Shown here piece after piece: positions 12,988-27,162 of a stretch of DNA of 64,000 nt. The notes under the pieces were generated by a model. The model searched no databases, was not told the DNA's origin, and worked only from the letters and a program-made list of their open reading frames with translations. Positions within the stretch are counted from its first letter, which is position 1; every line of letters begins with the position of its first letter. Position numbers and translations under genes: made by a program. The stretch is from Chrysomallon squamiferum (Eukaryota; Animalia; Mollusca). Where the stretch lies: NCBI GenBank assembly GCA_012295275.1, contig CM022677.1, positions 22,878,001 to 22,942,000 of the forward strand. The letters run 5' to 3'.

Positions 12988-13312
12988 GCGCCTGCGAGGT
13001 AGTCACGTTTCCGTGTCTCGGGTTTTCTCTTTTGTTTTCTTTAACCTACCAGTCTCTTCTTCTTACTTCTGTATTCATTATTTATTTATTTATGTTTGTA
13101 TTTATTTATTAATTTCTGTGTATTCCTTTAAATATGTTTTCGTTGTTTGCACGTATGAGACAGGATATATATATATGTGTGTGTGCGAAAGTGATATGTA
13201 TTGTAATCTATTTTAGAAAGATGACGCCACAATATTTATTTTTTGCACATCATATCTCTCGGCTTATAGGTTACGAAGTGTTTGAAAACTGAAATAAAAA
13301 TGAACACAAAAA

Positions 13313-13347
<35 letters not shown>

Positions 13348-14648
13348 AAATAAAACAAAATGAAACAATAATAATCAGTCCATTGCTCCAACTGACTCGA
13401 GTGTGCATAGAGAGGAAAAGATGAAATATGATTTGTAACACCGGGATTTAAAGACGTATTTACAGATCCCCAGTGAGGATGCAGTTTAGTATCTAGTCAC
13501 GTTTTTGAGATATCAGTTACTAAGTTTTGTTGTTTGTACGTATTAATAAGAGAGAGGGTCAAAGATCATCCTTCATATATGTGAATAGAATATTTTATAC
13601 AATGCGTCATACAGAAATAATAATAATAGTAATAACAACAACAACAACAGTAGCAGCAACAAGGACAATAGGATTAATAACAACAACCACAACAACAACA
13701 ATAGTAATAAAAGTAATAACAACAATAAAGAAATAATAACGATAACTGAACAGTAACAGCAACGACACAAAAACAACCGAAGATTTGATGATTAGGCGAG
13801 ACTACATGCTTAACGACACGAGATTCCCAACTGAAGAGAGATACCTGATGTGCATGATTCTAAAGTTATCCAAGTTATTTAAAGTTTTTTTCACATGAAT
13901 ACTTACTAATAACAACGACATATTTATGTAATTAGTATGTTAGTATTCACGTTAATATTTAGTTCAGTATGTGGATGTTGTAAAAATTTGTTCCGGTCTA
14001 CCTGTAATTTGGATTATTAAAATATCTTTTATTTCTGTAGCATATTCCCTTGAATATTAATTCATAAGTTAATAGGGTGCATGGAGCTTTTGGAGAACAA
14101 GTAAAGGAACCATGAACATGTTCGTTTTAGATAATTTAATGATAAGTCAAATTTTATTTTCTTCTATAGTCATTGATGTGCAGTACGATGGACTTGTATT
14201 TTGCCTGTAATTTAGTTGTTGACTCTTTTTTTTTTAGCAGAAACATTTACCATAATTTTCATCCATATTGTAACATTGCTCATCTAAGTATGTTTCTTAA
14301 CCACAGTGACTACATTTTCAGGTGATTAGACAGTGCAGAAATTGACGCGTTTAAACAATTTGACATGTGTTGCTGGGGCGTTGAATGCTTGCCAACATGC
14401 TTAGTTGATTGCTTATTGTGAAACATTATTGAGCAATAGGTTTTTATTAAATGCATTTTAGTTGCTTTTTAATGTAGTATTGAAGTAAACGTTTAGAAGC
14501 TTTTTACTGTCTATATAACAGCTTAGTTAGAAAAATGTTTTATATATCATGTCTAATTATTTTGTTTTTCCTAAGGTTAAGTATTTATGCCATACAAATA
14601 ATTTTTCACTTCCTATTGCTTTGTTTTGTATTTTTCTGTTATTACTAG

Positions 14649-14750
<102 letters not shown>

Positions 14751-14887
14751 CAAAGTAGAAAGGTGAGTCGCTACTTTAACAAAACAGCTTCATTTATTAA
14801 ATAAATAAAAATATCCTGTTTTAAAAAAATAACAAAGAAAACACATTAAATGTTACATATCAAAACAAATTTTATTAAAATTACTAT

Positions 14888-14918
<31 letters not shown>

Positions 14919-17129
14919 ATGTTTGTCCTCTTTTTCCAGTCATTAACTTAATGCATTAAGTTGTGACATTACAAGAAATTAGTTCAATCTAAATTTGTTA
15001 ACAGTCAGTGTTAAAGTAACATGACAGTTGATATGTAAAACCTGTTAGCGCTTATGTTTATTATTATATTAAGTTTCAGATTTCCAGTTCACAATCTTAT
15101 GTCTGAAACAATTTCTATGCTGAAATAAAACAAGTTTATTTTTGCATTCAGCTTTCTTAGATTAAGCTTACATTTGGCATCATTTTGTAGTATATATAAG
15201 ATTTTAGAAAAAGAGATTGCGTTGGGCATCAACTAATAATAGTTAACATAACAAAAAATAGAAATGATAATAATAATGTTTTCTTACTGAGTAATGTTTT
15301 ACTTTCTCAATGGTAACAAGTCTCCTAGCACTTTGACATTCATGATTTGTTCACCGTTCAAACATGGATGTTTTGGGATATTTAATGTTTGTTTCTATGC
15401 GTGAAAGAGAGGAGTTCTTTAATATTTGACATTGTCAAGTTAATTCAGTTGACACAAGAGAAATATGATTAAAAATAAAACAACATCACAAATATACGCA
15501 AACTACGAGCATAATTGTAATTGTAAATTATAATAAATGTTATTATTTTTATAAGTGTAATTAATATAATCTCTCTCTCTCTGAGATACACCTGCATATA
15601 CGTGTGTGTGTGTGTGAGTGTGTGTATGGCTGTGAAACAAATATCACAGAGTAAAATTATTATTTTATGACAATATAATTAAATTGATTTCCCGATATTA
15701 ATTATTATATGAAATGTGGTGATAATATGCAGCTGATTCGCACTCTGTTTATCTACAGCTTCGTTAATAAACGTAATTTATTTTAACATAGGTTGCCGCT
15801 ACTTTCTGTTATTTGTCATTTCGATCGTTTCTTTCCTGTGGAAAATTTATACACATATTTTTTTCTCAGGAAAGAAAAGGTCAAATGACAAAGTCAAATC
15901 TCCGTCTTTTGTTCAGTTAATAGCATCAAGGGGAAAAAAAGCAAAAAAACAAAAACAACAAAACATCTTGAATTTGGCCACTGCAAGGAGATTTTGTTTC
16001 ATTGAAGAACAAAGGAGATTTTTCTTCTTCTGCTTCTACCTTTCTTTCTTTTTCTTTTTTTCTGTTATATATCTTTTCAAGTCTCGATTCACCGCATAAC
16101 CTATTTTGAAACTGGTTCAGATAACAATTTAATTTGTTATACAACACAAACGTACAATTGGTCACGTTTCAACATAATTTATGTCAGTATTAAATTAATT
16201 TCCCTATCTAAAATATTATAATATGAATTTAATCAAATTTATTTCCCGATTTAATAGTCGACAGTATGTATACATATTAATATTTCTGAATGTAATTTAT
16301 GTACTTATAACTACCTCGCTCAGTCTGTATAAATGTAACCTACAAATAATAATTTTTTTATAAAGTGACTCTTTTCATCTAAGAAAAGAAAGAAAGAAAC
16401 TTTTTTATATACGTGAGTAAAAGTTATTATTTTCTGTCAGAGAGAATATCAGTATTTTATATTATATTTGTTTAAAGTTTAAATAATAAACTATCTGGAA
16501 TGAGGGTGTTCATAAATATATCATTAATCACGATGAATAAAATACTCGAGCGAAAAGGAAGATGTTTTAAATTACACACCTAAAAACACACGTATACACA
16601 CACATCGACATACACACAACACAAATACATTCACATATATACACATACATACACAACTCACACATACATGCACATACTCACAAACACAACACACACACAC
16701 ATACATACAGAATACACACAACGCATACAGACACATTCACGCACAATACACCAACACACATGCACACACATACACACAGACTTACAACCACATCCTACAT
16801 GTTCAGTTTAACAGAAGTTTAGATTCTGTTTGTTTATCGATGCGAAACATACTTGGCTGTTTAGTCACGTTTTGAATTCACGCTGACAAAATTAATAAAA
16901 AAGGTCCTGATAAATAGTGTGCAGTATGTGAAGTCGAACATATTTGTTAAAATTCATCACAAGCAGTAATTAAAAATAAATAAATAAATAAAGTAAAATA
17001 ACAAAAGTATTTAACAGATTAATGTATTATTATTAGCAGTTTTGTGATAATGGTTATAAAAGTATTAGTATTAATAGTAGTAGTTGTTGCTCCTGTACAA
17101 TATTTTTTATCCTTAATTTTTTGTTTTAA

Positions 17130-17199
<70 letters not shown>

Positions 17200-17252
17200 C
17201 ATTATTATTATTTAATCGATAGTTAAGTTAAATGATAAGATACAGATGTAAA

Positions 17253-17382
17253 ATTGTTTAGTTTAAATTAACAGTTTGAATCAGTTCTCTGATAAAAAGA
17301 ATAGCACATACATTTATTCTTTTTAAAATTTTGTTTGGTCAAGAAATGTGGTTAATTTCTGATTATTAATCATACACCAAAG

Positions 17383-17390
<8 letters not shown>
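17253..17390 (+). repeat. Inverted copy of the TNFR upstream region (reverse complement of about 7160-7300 and 21085-21225; partial copy at 767-820)
   Basis: TTTGTTTGGTCAAGAAATGTGGTTAATTTCTGAT.ATTAATCATACACCAAA is the reverse complement of about 7165-7215. Confidence 0.85.
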
Positions 17391-17435
<45 letters not shown>

Positions 17436-17503
17436 ACACACACATACAGACAACAAACACAAACACACAAGGATACACAGATACTCATATAAAGCTTTAT
17501 AAA

Positions 17504-18386
17504 ATGTACGTAAAAATCATTAATAAATAACAGATTATATTGGAATCCTACTAACGGAACAATTAGCTGGGTGCAAACAACGAGGAATTATTATTGTTGA
17601 GAACTAAACGTTGAAGTTGAAATACTTGATATTGTTCAAAATAATTTAGAAGAACACTTTCTTACTAGTTATTCAGTTACCTGTTCATACGAAGAATCCC
17701 TGAAGAAGTTCAGAAGCGAACTTGTAAATTTTTCAACTTTTTACAATTGTCATTATTTAAAAGATTATGGGAATCTAGAATCTGTGTATTAGATAACATT
17801 ATTTCTGACTTTACTAAACGTGTACGTTGGACTTTAAGAAAAATGACTTTGTTGGATAGTGTAATCGATGTAATGAAGGATTACATTAAAAATGGCTTGG
17901 GAGATGAGTTAGACGGTGAATGGTTGATAAGTACTGTTGAAACGTGCAGAGAATACGATTTAGATGACGTACGCGGTCGAATGTGTTTACTACGTTGGAA
18001 CATAGACGAAGAACATGAAGACTACAAAGAACATGTTGATTAACTGAAGATGATATTGAAGACATGTTACTGACTATCCGCATAGAAAATATCATGAAAG
18101 ATGACTTGACCATTAAAATCATGGCTTATGATGAACAATCTATGGGTGAAATAAGATCACGTTACAGAAGTGTTATTACATGTTTGAGGAAAGAAATCTA
18201 CGACGTGGAGATGAAGTTAATCAGAAAACGTACTTAAATGCATCGAAGTTCAATAGTTTAGAGATTGTTGTATGTTCTATGTTCATTAAAGAGTCTGTTA
18301 TTAGACGTGAATATGTACGGTGGGGCTTTGAAGATGAAGATGTATCGACCATTGCAACAGTTGCTTTGAAATTCAGTCAAAGTTAA
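17504..18386 (+). pseudogene. Frameshifted intronless ORF (about 290 codons), virus- or Maverick/Polinton-like gene fragment of unknown function
   Basis: ATG at 17504 in TATAAAATG context. Successive coding-like frames (LNVEVEILDIVQNNLEEHFLTSY..., CVLDNIISDFTKRVRWTLRKMTLLDSVIDVMKDY..., TEDDIEDMLLTIRIENIMKDD..., FIKESVIRREYVRWGFEDEDV...) are joined by a few frameshifts. There are no microsatellites or introns, CpG is retained, and the stop overlaps AATAAA. Confidence 0.55.
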
Positions 18387-18660
18387 ATAAATGAATTGAA
18401 TAATAGTATTTGTTTTATATTATAAACAACAACAAAAAAATATTTGTATTCAATTTTTATTCAAGCAAAGCAAAAGCATACAAAACAGTCCTGCAAGAGG
18501 CAAACCACATGACAATTTATAATAAAATCAAATAAGTTATAATCATTTGTTTTTCATCTCCAGACACCAGCAAATAAAGCTTTATAAAATAAGTACGTAA
18601 AAAATGCTTCGTAATACAGTGGTTAGTTTTGCATCAAGCCAACATCACAATCTAACAAGT

Positions 18661-21600
18661 GTGAATAACATTCAAATAACCCACAAAACAAACTTTAAAG
18701 AGTAAAAAAAAATTAAATTTATTACGAAATTAAATATAATTAACTTAATAAAATGTTACATGAAAACATTTAAAGTAATTTATTGGTTTTTTAAAAATTA
18801 TTTTAGGAAATTGAAAAACCAAATTATATTTATTCACTTAGTTATTTTATATTACATATATTTATTTTTTATTATTATTTTTTTTTTTTTACAATAGTTT
18901 TTTTTAAGTGCTTGTTATTTTATACGATTTTTATTCACACAGACAAACACACAAAACACACATATAACACTGAATTCAGTTTCACAATTTTATTTTAAAC
19001 GGCAAAGATTTTAATTTGACTTCTTTAACAGAAGTTTTCAGATTTTTGTTGTGAACATTATGTTAATTTGCGAAAAATGTATTATGGTACTTAATGTTCT
19101 TTGTAAAATGTTTTAAATAACATTAGAATTAACATGACTGTTCTTTAACTGCAATTATAATAACTTTCTCATTGTTTTTGTAGTTGATAGCTGGATAATG
19201 AAATATAATTAGGATGACGGCGAACATTTGTTATTTTAAGATATATAAAAAGCGAAGTGAAAAAACAAAGATGGCGGAGTAAGTGTTTAGATTTAGGGTT
19301 TCTAACGCCACACAACACGGATTTCTCAGAACAGGATGTAAAACACTGCAGTGAAAACTGAAATGACAAGCATCACATCTCCTCCTAAAAAATAAAAAAT
19401 AAGAATATTAAATGTTTCAGGTTGTTCAAGCGTGTGTGTGTCTCTATGTGTGTCTGTGTGTGTGTGTGTGTGTATGTAAATTTTTATGTATATAATATAT
19501 AACCGTAGGTACGTATGTGTGTAGGTATGTATCTATTTATATAGGTAAGCATGTATATGTACATATGTATATATGTATTTTTGAATGTATGTGTGTATGT
19601 ATGTATGTATGTATGTATATGTGTATGTATGTATGTATGTGTGTATGTATGTATGTATGTGTGTATGTATGTATGTAAATATGCGTATGTGTTTGGATTC
19701 GTACCTTTATGTTGGTGAAAAACTTACCAGTCTCATGTAGTGTGTTTGTCCCACTGACGTCATCATCTAAAACAGAAGATGAAGATTTATAAGAAATTAA
19801 CAAAGTATAATTTTAGTGAACAAATCTAGTTCTAAATATTTACAACTAGAAGAAATAATAACTAAATTATTATATGTTCTAACAAGATGTAGAATTATCT
19901 TTATATATTAATATTTACATAGATTCAGATATAACTTACCTATAATACAGTGTCCAATTTTCAAATTGCCTCCTTTCTTTTGCAGATGACATCCTTCTTT
20001 ACATCTGCACTGTGTGTTTCTCACTTTGGTACATTTCTCTACTTCTGTTTGAGTCGTGTTGTCACACGTGTCACATTCAGCACATCTAGTAGCACGAGTG
20101 TAGTTCGACTCGTAAAACCCTTCTTCACAAGGCTCACATTTTGATTCATCACCGTTCTCTGTGCAGTGTGCTACAAGTCGTGTTCCAGGAGGACACTTTT
20201 TACAGTGTACTCCATTTATTTCATATTGTTCGATCTGAAAAATAATATGAAAAATGTTACAATTATCAGTTACAGTTATGTAAGGCTGACTAAGGTTCAA
20301 GTTTCAGTTTATAGTTACAATTTCACGTTTCAGCAACAATTTAATAACATTTACTAACATCACAGTCAATCATTATGTTTTGAAAAGTCATTGATACACA
20401 TGCATGGTAACACACACAGGCACACACACACGCACACTCTATACATGCACACTCACTAAAAAGAAAACAAAATACATCTAGTAAGCAGTGATGTTGTTGT
20501 GAAGTTGCGAGTGCGAGTAGTTTACGTTGGATACAGGTTGAGTTGGTTAAAAACGTACCTCGTTTTCTGAACTTTCCAGAACTTTTGCTCCCACTGTTGC
20601 TCTAAATAGTAAGGCAGCCATTAAAATCCACATAAAAAGTTCCATGTCTGTGATAACTCCAGGAAAAATAATAATAATAAACCTTAAAATGTACGCGAAA
20701 AAAGCTACTGCTGCTATGACTTATACTAATACTAATACTAATAACTGTAGAATGGAAATGTTTACGTAAAGTAACTGACTGATTAAAGCTATCAAGGTAA
20801 ATTAAGATTACTTCCTCCACTTTGACCTTGTCTAGCCCTTTACCGCAACTGCGCATTAACACTCGTATCACGCGTTTTATCAAACCAATCACGTTTTATA
20901 AACGTCATGTCCGTTTCAGCGCCTTCATTAAATAACTGAATCACGACGTTATCTTCCTCGGAAACTTTAACACATGATTCAGCATGCAGGAAAAAGAGAT
21001 GATGGTGATCTAGTAAAAACCCAGCTTTTCAGAACAAACCTGCGAGTGAAAAAATTCCAATCTTCTTCTTTGTGTGTCTTTGTGTGTTTTGGTGTATGAT
21101 TATTAATCAGAAATTAACCACATTTCTTGACCAAACAAAAATTTAAACAAGAATAAAATGATGTGTTGTTTGTTTATACAGAGGTGGCCAACATTCAAAC
21201 ACTTAATTTAAACTAAATAATTTTACTCGTGCATCTTGTTATTTAGTAATAATAAAAATAATAATAATACTAATAATAACAACAACAACAATAACAATAA
21301 TAATAATGATAATAATAATAATAATAATCATAATCATAATCATAATCATAATCATCATTATTATATCAGTATCTCTAAATGTACATCGAGAATTTATACT
21401 TCAAGATCACTATTCCTTTTTAATTAGTAATTTTCATCACTGAAAAGTATATTTATTTTATTTAAAACAAATAAAATGCCTTTCAACTTTATTTTTCATA
21501 ATTAGGTTAACAAAACAACATTACGAAACACACACATACACACACAGATTACTGCCATTTTTGCTGTTGTTGTTCACCTATTTAGTTAACTGTTAGCAAA

Positions 21601-21932
21601 TTTTCATGAATTACTTTTAACATTGTTATAGAAAGTTATTTTACGAATATATTTATTTTATCTAATTATTTATGATTACCACAGGAATCTCACTAAATTC
21701 TTCTGAACCAAGATTTTACATTATAAATATTATAAACATTAAGAATTTTGGATTATTTTGAGCTATCACTGAAATAAGGATAAAACTAGGTTCATGCAGA
21801 TTCTTGTCACAGCAGTCTGTTTTTACGAGTGTTTCAGTCACTCGTAAATCTGACTTTTCACCCAGCTCGCTGTTATTATTATTATTATTAGTAGTAGTAG
21901 TAATAGTATGACTGACATTACTACTACTACTA

Positions 21933-21964
<32 letters not shown>

Positions 21965-22619
21965 ACTACTATTGTTTTTGACCATTATTATTATCACTGA
22001 TATTATTATAATTATTATTACTACTATTTTAGAATCATTTCTGTCATTTAAGTATTGTTATTGCTATTATCATTTATTACTATCATCATAACCACCACCA
22101 TCATCATCGTCATGTCATGCTCATTATTATTATCATTACTACTACTATTTTATCATCATTACTGTCATTAACTAGATGTTATTATTGTTATTATCATTAT
22201 TTATTTATTTATTTATTTATTATTACAGATATTATCACTATTACCACTGCTATTTTATCATTTATGTTTTGCTATTGTTGCTGTTATCATACTTTATTAT
22301 TATTATAATTATGATCATCATCACATGTCATCATCATCATCATTAATATCTGAACGTGTATATTCTTAATTTATTTTACACACATTAAAATGTTTCTTCA
22401 TTAAAAATAAATTAAAATGTCTTTATTCCTACTATTTAGAACTAAAATAAAATAAAGAATTTATACTTCATGATAACTATTTCTTTTTAATTAGCATTTT
22501 TCATCACTGAAAAGTTTATTTGTTTATTTAAACAAATAAAATTTATTTCAATATTTTATTAAACCTTAAATTTAACAAACATTACGACTTATTTGATTAA
22601 ATCAAAACTTAATATTATT

Positions 22620-22697
<78 letters not shown>

Positions 22698-22781
22698 TAT
22701 ATTTTATTGTTTATATTAATGTGTTGTAGATGTTGAGGTTAAATTAGAAATAGTTACAAATACTTCTGTTTGACATTCAAT

Positions 22782-22867
<86 letters not shown>

Positions 22868-23711
22868 GAGATTTGGTTGTTTCCTTTTTGTCTCAGACCG
22901 CATATTACTGCGTGGACTTTATAAATGTCATAAACATTTGAATGTAGGACATTGCAAATACATCGTTTTTAATATAGCTTCAACTCACTGTACAAGTAAA
23001 ACCGCCACTGATGAAACAACAATGATTCAAATAATGATATAAACTTAGTATAAGTTTCACTATTTTACCTTAAGGCATAATGTATAATGTTTGCTTTGCT
23101 AGACCGAAAAACCGTTTGAGACACATTGTAAAAAAAGTCTCTAAATTATTGATTGCGTTGCTATACGAGTTTTAATTTCAAATGGTCTTGTCTCCTATCT
23201 CACACTATGTTTGTGTGTTGCCAGGACTTCTGTGTCTACGTAGACTCTGTGATTCAGTCTCTTTCGATATTCCTGTCTGATATTTCAAAAATGCAGTCAA
23301 AGAGCCTTGTTTCATCTTTTGTATGTTTTAACATCAGGTTATGTCATCTTTAGACAAATCACAAAATGAGGCCCCCACCCTGTCGTTACGGCCACATAAT
23401 ATCATATTCCAAGTAATAAGAAGTTGTGTATTAAGATCTGTGCAGTATTAACAAGGTTACATACAAAATAACTCCTTCCCCCACTCATAAATTGCTTTGT
23501 TGAAAAGTATTGTTAATTTCCAGTCAAAAAATCCAAACCTGCTATGAATAGCTGGGAAAAACGAAAGCAAAACTTCTTGTTTTATTGTGTTTTTTTTTTT
23601 TTTTTTGAGTTCTGGTTTCAGAACTGAAATACTAAATTTGTATTTGCTTAATTTGTTTCAAAATCTGAATTGCACATATTTATCTACTCCCCGTGTGTCT
23701 GCGTGTGTGTA

Positions 23712-23805
<94 letters not shown>

Positions 23806-24033
23806 TATAAAGAGATTGTTATTATAATGACGTGTTAACAAATAATAACTTTTTTTTAAAATCTCCATACAATCACAAAATTTAATTTATCAGATGCTGA
23901 TTATTCTGTTAAGATATTTTTGTTAAAGAGATGAAAAATCGACATTCAAATCTTAAGGAGAATTCAGTTTAGGAGATTAAGGGCGTATTTATATCACGTT
24001 ACAGAATGTAATAAACCAGTAATGACAACAACA
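18661..24033. repeat. Segmental duplication unit 2
   Basis: Colinear with 4439-11380. Near-identical from mid exon 2 to about 22.8 kb, and visibly more diverged on both flanks. Confidence 0.9.
19326..20645 (-). CDS. TNF receptor superfamily member, copy 2; putative GPI-anchored decoy (159 aa)
   Basis: Exons (minus): 20645-20559 signal peptide. 20234-19940 cysteine-rich domains. 19766-19728 single stalk mini-exon (DDDVSGTNTLHET). 19384-19326 GGDVMLVISVFTAVFYILF-stop. GT-AG introns, 480-nt open frame, same exon sizes as copy 1. Confidence 0.9.
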
Positions 24034-24070
<37 letters not shown>

Positions 24071-25205
24071 GGGTGGACCAGTGTGTAGAATATTTTGTGA
24101 GTACGGGATGAAACTTGATGAGAATGGATTCCCCTTCGTGAAACGCCGGTTCAGCACCTAAGTAAATTTTATCAATTATTTTATAAGAATATATTAATAA
24201 TCAGATTATTATTATTATTATTATTATTATTGTTAGAAATCAATGTGGTTTTCTGTTACATACACAACATATAAGAGTGATAATTAGATGTGCAGCGGAA
24301 TGTTAAGTGGTGCTGTGTTCTGTAATTAACAAATAGTGTAACAAGAAAAGGCTAAAAGAAAGGTGAGATCCCGCAGGTTTAATACTATCACAGATTACTA
24401 TTTATAATTCAGTCTTCTAGAGTCAAAATGATTACATTCACAAGTTGAGAATAAAATATATTAATGTGAGTACTGATGTGTAAATGAATAAATTGAGTTT
24501 CAGCTATAATACTGTTTTAGTAGTAGTAGTAGTAGAAAATAATTTTAAAATGCTCAAAATTTAAAAGTCCTGAGATATTTAAAAGTACACATGCAGAAAA
24601 CATATATATAATTTATCAGTCTTCAGAAAATGTTTCATCCTGTTAATATCATTTATAATAAAATATTTCAATTTTCTCTTGTCCCGTAAGCTTTTACAAT
24701 CAGTTTTAAAAAGTTTCAAATTATTTGTATAAACTGTGCTCTCAAAAATGATAAACCCAAAACAACAACAACAAAAAGAAGAGATATAATAATAGTAATA
24801 ATACAAAAGAAAGAACAAAAAAGTGTGCATTTTATACAAATACACTAAGATTGATAAATATTCAAAAACCTGACATTTTCTTTATTTGTACGACGTTATC
24901 TCATTCATTATCGTCAGCACTATTTTTATCTGGAATATTAACATAACAATATATTTCTATATTGTCAAGGTTTATGTAGTTTACTTTAAACATTAATATT
25001 TCTTTGTATTAGATCACCTCTGAATATAATAATAATACAGAAAAATTATAAGACACGATCAATATAGTTTACTATTAATCTGAGGGTTTGGGTTGCTACA
25101 GTTTCTGTTATTAATAAGGTGATATTAAGAATACCTCTGTAATTATACTTCTGTGGCAGATACATATTATCAGTACCACAGAAAATACAGAATGACTGAG
25201 TGAAA

Positions 25206-25284
25206 ATGACGTGTAAATACGTTACCCTTTTACCAGCTCTCTCTTTGCTCCTTCTTTTTGTTACGTGCAAAACTGAATACCTTG
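25206..25284 (+). pseudogene. Orphan signal-peptide-like first exon
   Basis: AAAATG start, MTCKYVTLLPALSLLLLFVTCKTEYL, phase-1 donor G|GTAATT. I found no in-frame downstream exon. Confidence 0.35.
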
Positions 25285-26058
25285 GTAATTATATTCTTAT
25301 TTTATTGTAGAAATTTTTACTTTCAGAATATTAATTGATATACTTTTCCATTAGCAATAAGAACAGTCAGAATTTTATGTTATCTGCAGATTAAAATGTC
25401 AATGTAATGCCTTCTATAACAAAATAAAAATAAAATTTTATTTTCCAACTATGTAAAGGTTATCAAAAATCACAATGTAGTTTTCTCTTACTTACACCAA
25501 GTAAAAGTGCCACGTCATGTCAATAACCTTTTATTTAATAATTAGAGAATACTAAAAGAAAAAGTGATATTATACGAAAAGGTTATTAAAATTATATAAC
25601 GCCGTACAAATAAAATAAATATTTCACTTTTATTAATTGTCAATAAAATACATATTTAGTAGGAGCGCAGTTAATATGACAGAATCTAGAATCGAGAATT
25701 ATGTTATAAACATATTTCTTTAACTTTAATAACAACATATAAGCAATTGACATACATGTGTATCTGTAAGAATGAGTATATCTTCGTTATTATTAATTTT
25801 GTATTTTTTTTTTTCACAATTTATTGATTATTTATTACAAGTATCACGAGTAATACGAGTATCTCTGGATAATATATTAACATTGCAAATGGAGAGAAGG
25901 CGTTTAGAGTCATAACGGTTATACTGACAAATTGAGAATTAAACTAAATTTCTACAGATATCTGAACAAAGACTGCGCGTCGGAATTTACGATGTATTCA
26001 CTGTCAGTATTTTTATTATTAAAATGACACGTTTATATGATTAAATTGAGGTTTATCT

Positions 26059-26141
<83 letters not shown>

Positions 26142-26391
26142 TTGATAAGACGTTTAAATTCCTGGACAATAATAAGCAGTTTATTGAGTTCTAAGCTTTT
26201 TGATTTTATTTGGTGCATTAACATAAATAATTAAGAACAAGAAAGAAAAAGTAGGAGGAAAATAACAACACCGTTTATTTGAAGTTTATGGTCAGTGATT
26301 GGCTTGTAATAAGATAAAAAAAAAAAAAAAAAAAAAAAAAAGAACCGCATCGATTTATAATTTGTATATTTTATTTTATTTTATTTACACT

Positions 26392-26425
<34 letters not shown>

Positions 26426-27121
26426 CAAGGATTGTACTTTCGTAAAAATGCGGGATGATTGTCGGTTTTTGCGGATTTTTTATTGTATTTTATGTTCGAA
26501 GAATCTTGTAGAGAATTGGTGTAATCGCATTATCATCCAACAAAAAAGTTGCTTAAAGTATTTCATTTTGTGAAGCAGACAGGTAGTACTATTTATTATT
26601 ATTGTTGTTAATGTGTTTGGATTTTGTTGGTTTTATTTAATTATAATTTAAAAGTCACAGCGTCATGTTTAGTCTTTGTTTTAACAATCACTGATGTATC
26701 AGGAAAAAATTTCGTGTGGCCACTAATTAAATTTGTTTTAAAAGAAATTGAAATGTGTAGCACACACCAAAGTAAACACCACACAACAACTATATGTCAA
26801 CTCACAAACGATTTTGTATTATTGTTATTGTTATTGTTATTGTTATTATTTATTTATGATTGATTTTTTTAAAGATTTATGTTAAACTGCTAACCTGCTC
26901 TTTACATTATTAAACATATTTAAAATGTTTAAAACATATTAAAGTTTATAATTGGTGGGACCCTAAATGCTTTCATATTGTTTAAGTTAAATACCTGTAT
27001 AGCTCTATGTTAACATTAAAAACAAGTAAAGATGAATAAAAAGTTAAGAAAAATATGATCAGGTTATTTCATATCTAAACACTGTAAAATATTAATAAAA
27101 TTATTTGTTATAATAACATTT

Positions 27122-27162
<41 letters not shown>

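Noticed and set aside
12628-13002. Metallothionein-like Cys-rich ORF
   Set aside because: It is a pure 30-bp minisatellite with frame-breaking dinucleotide slips and no Lys or Cys-Cys pattern typical of metallothioneins. Kept only as a low-interest finding.
26317-26425. Facing poly(A) and poly(T) tracts as a retro-insertion or hairpin
   Set aside because: No target-site duplication or element body is recognisable, and homopolymer tracts are common in this window.
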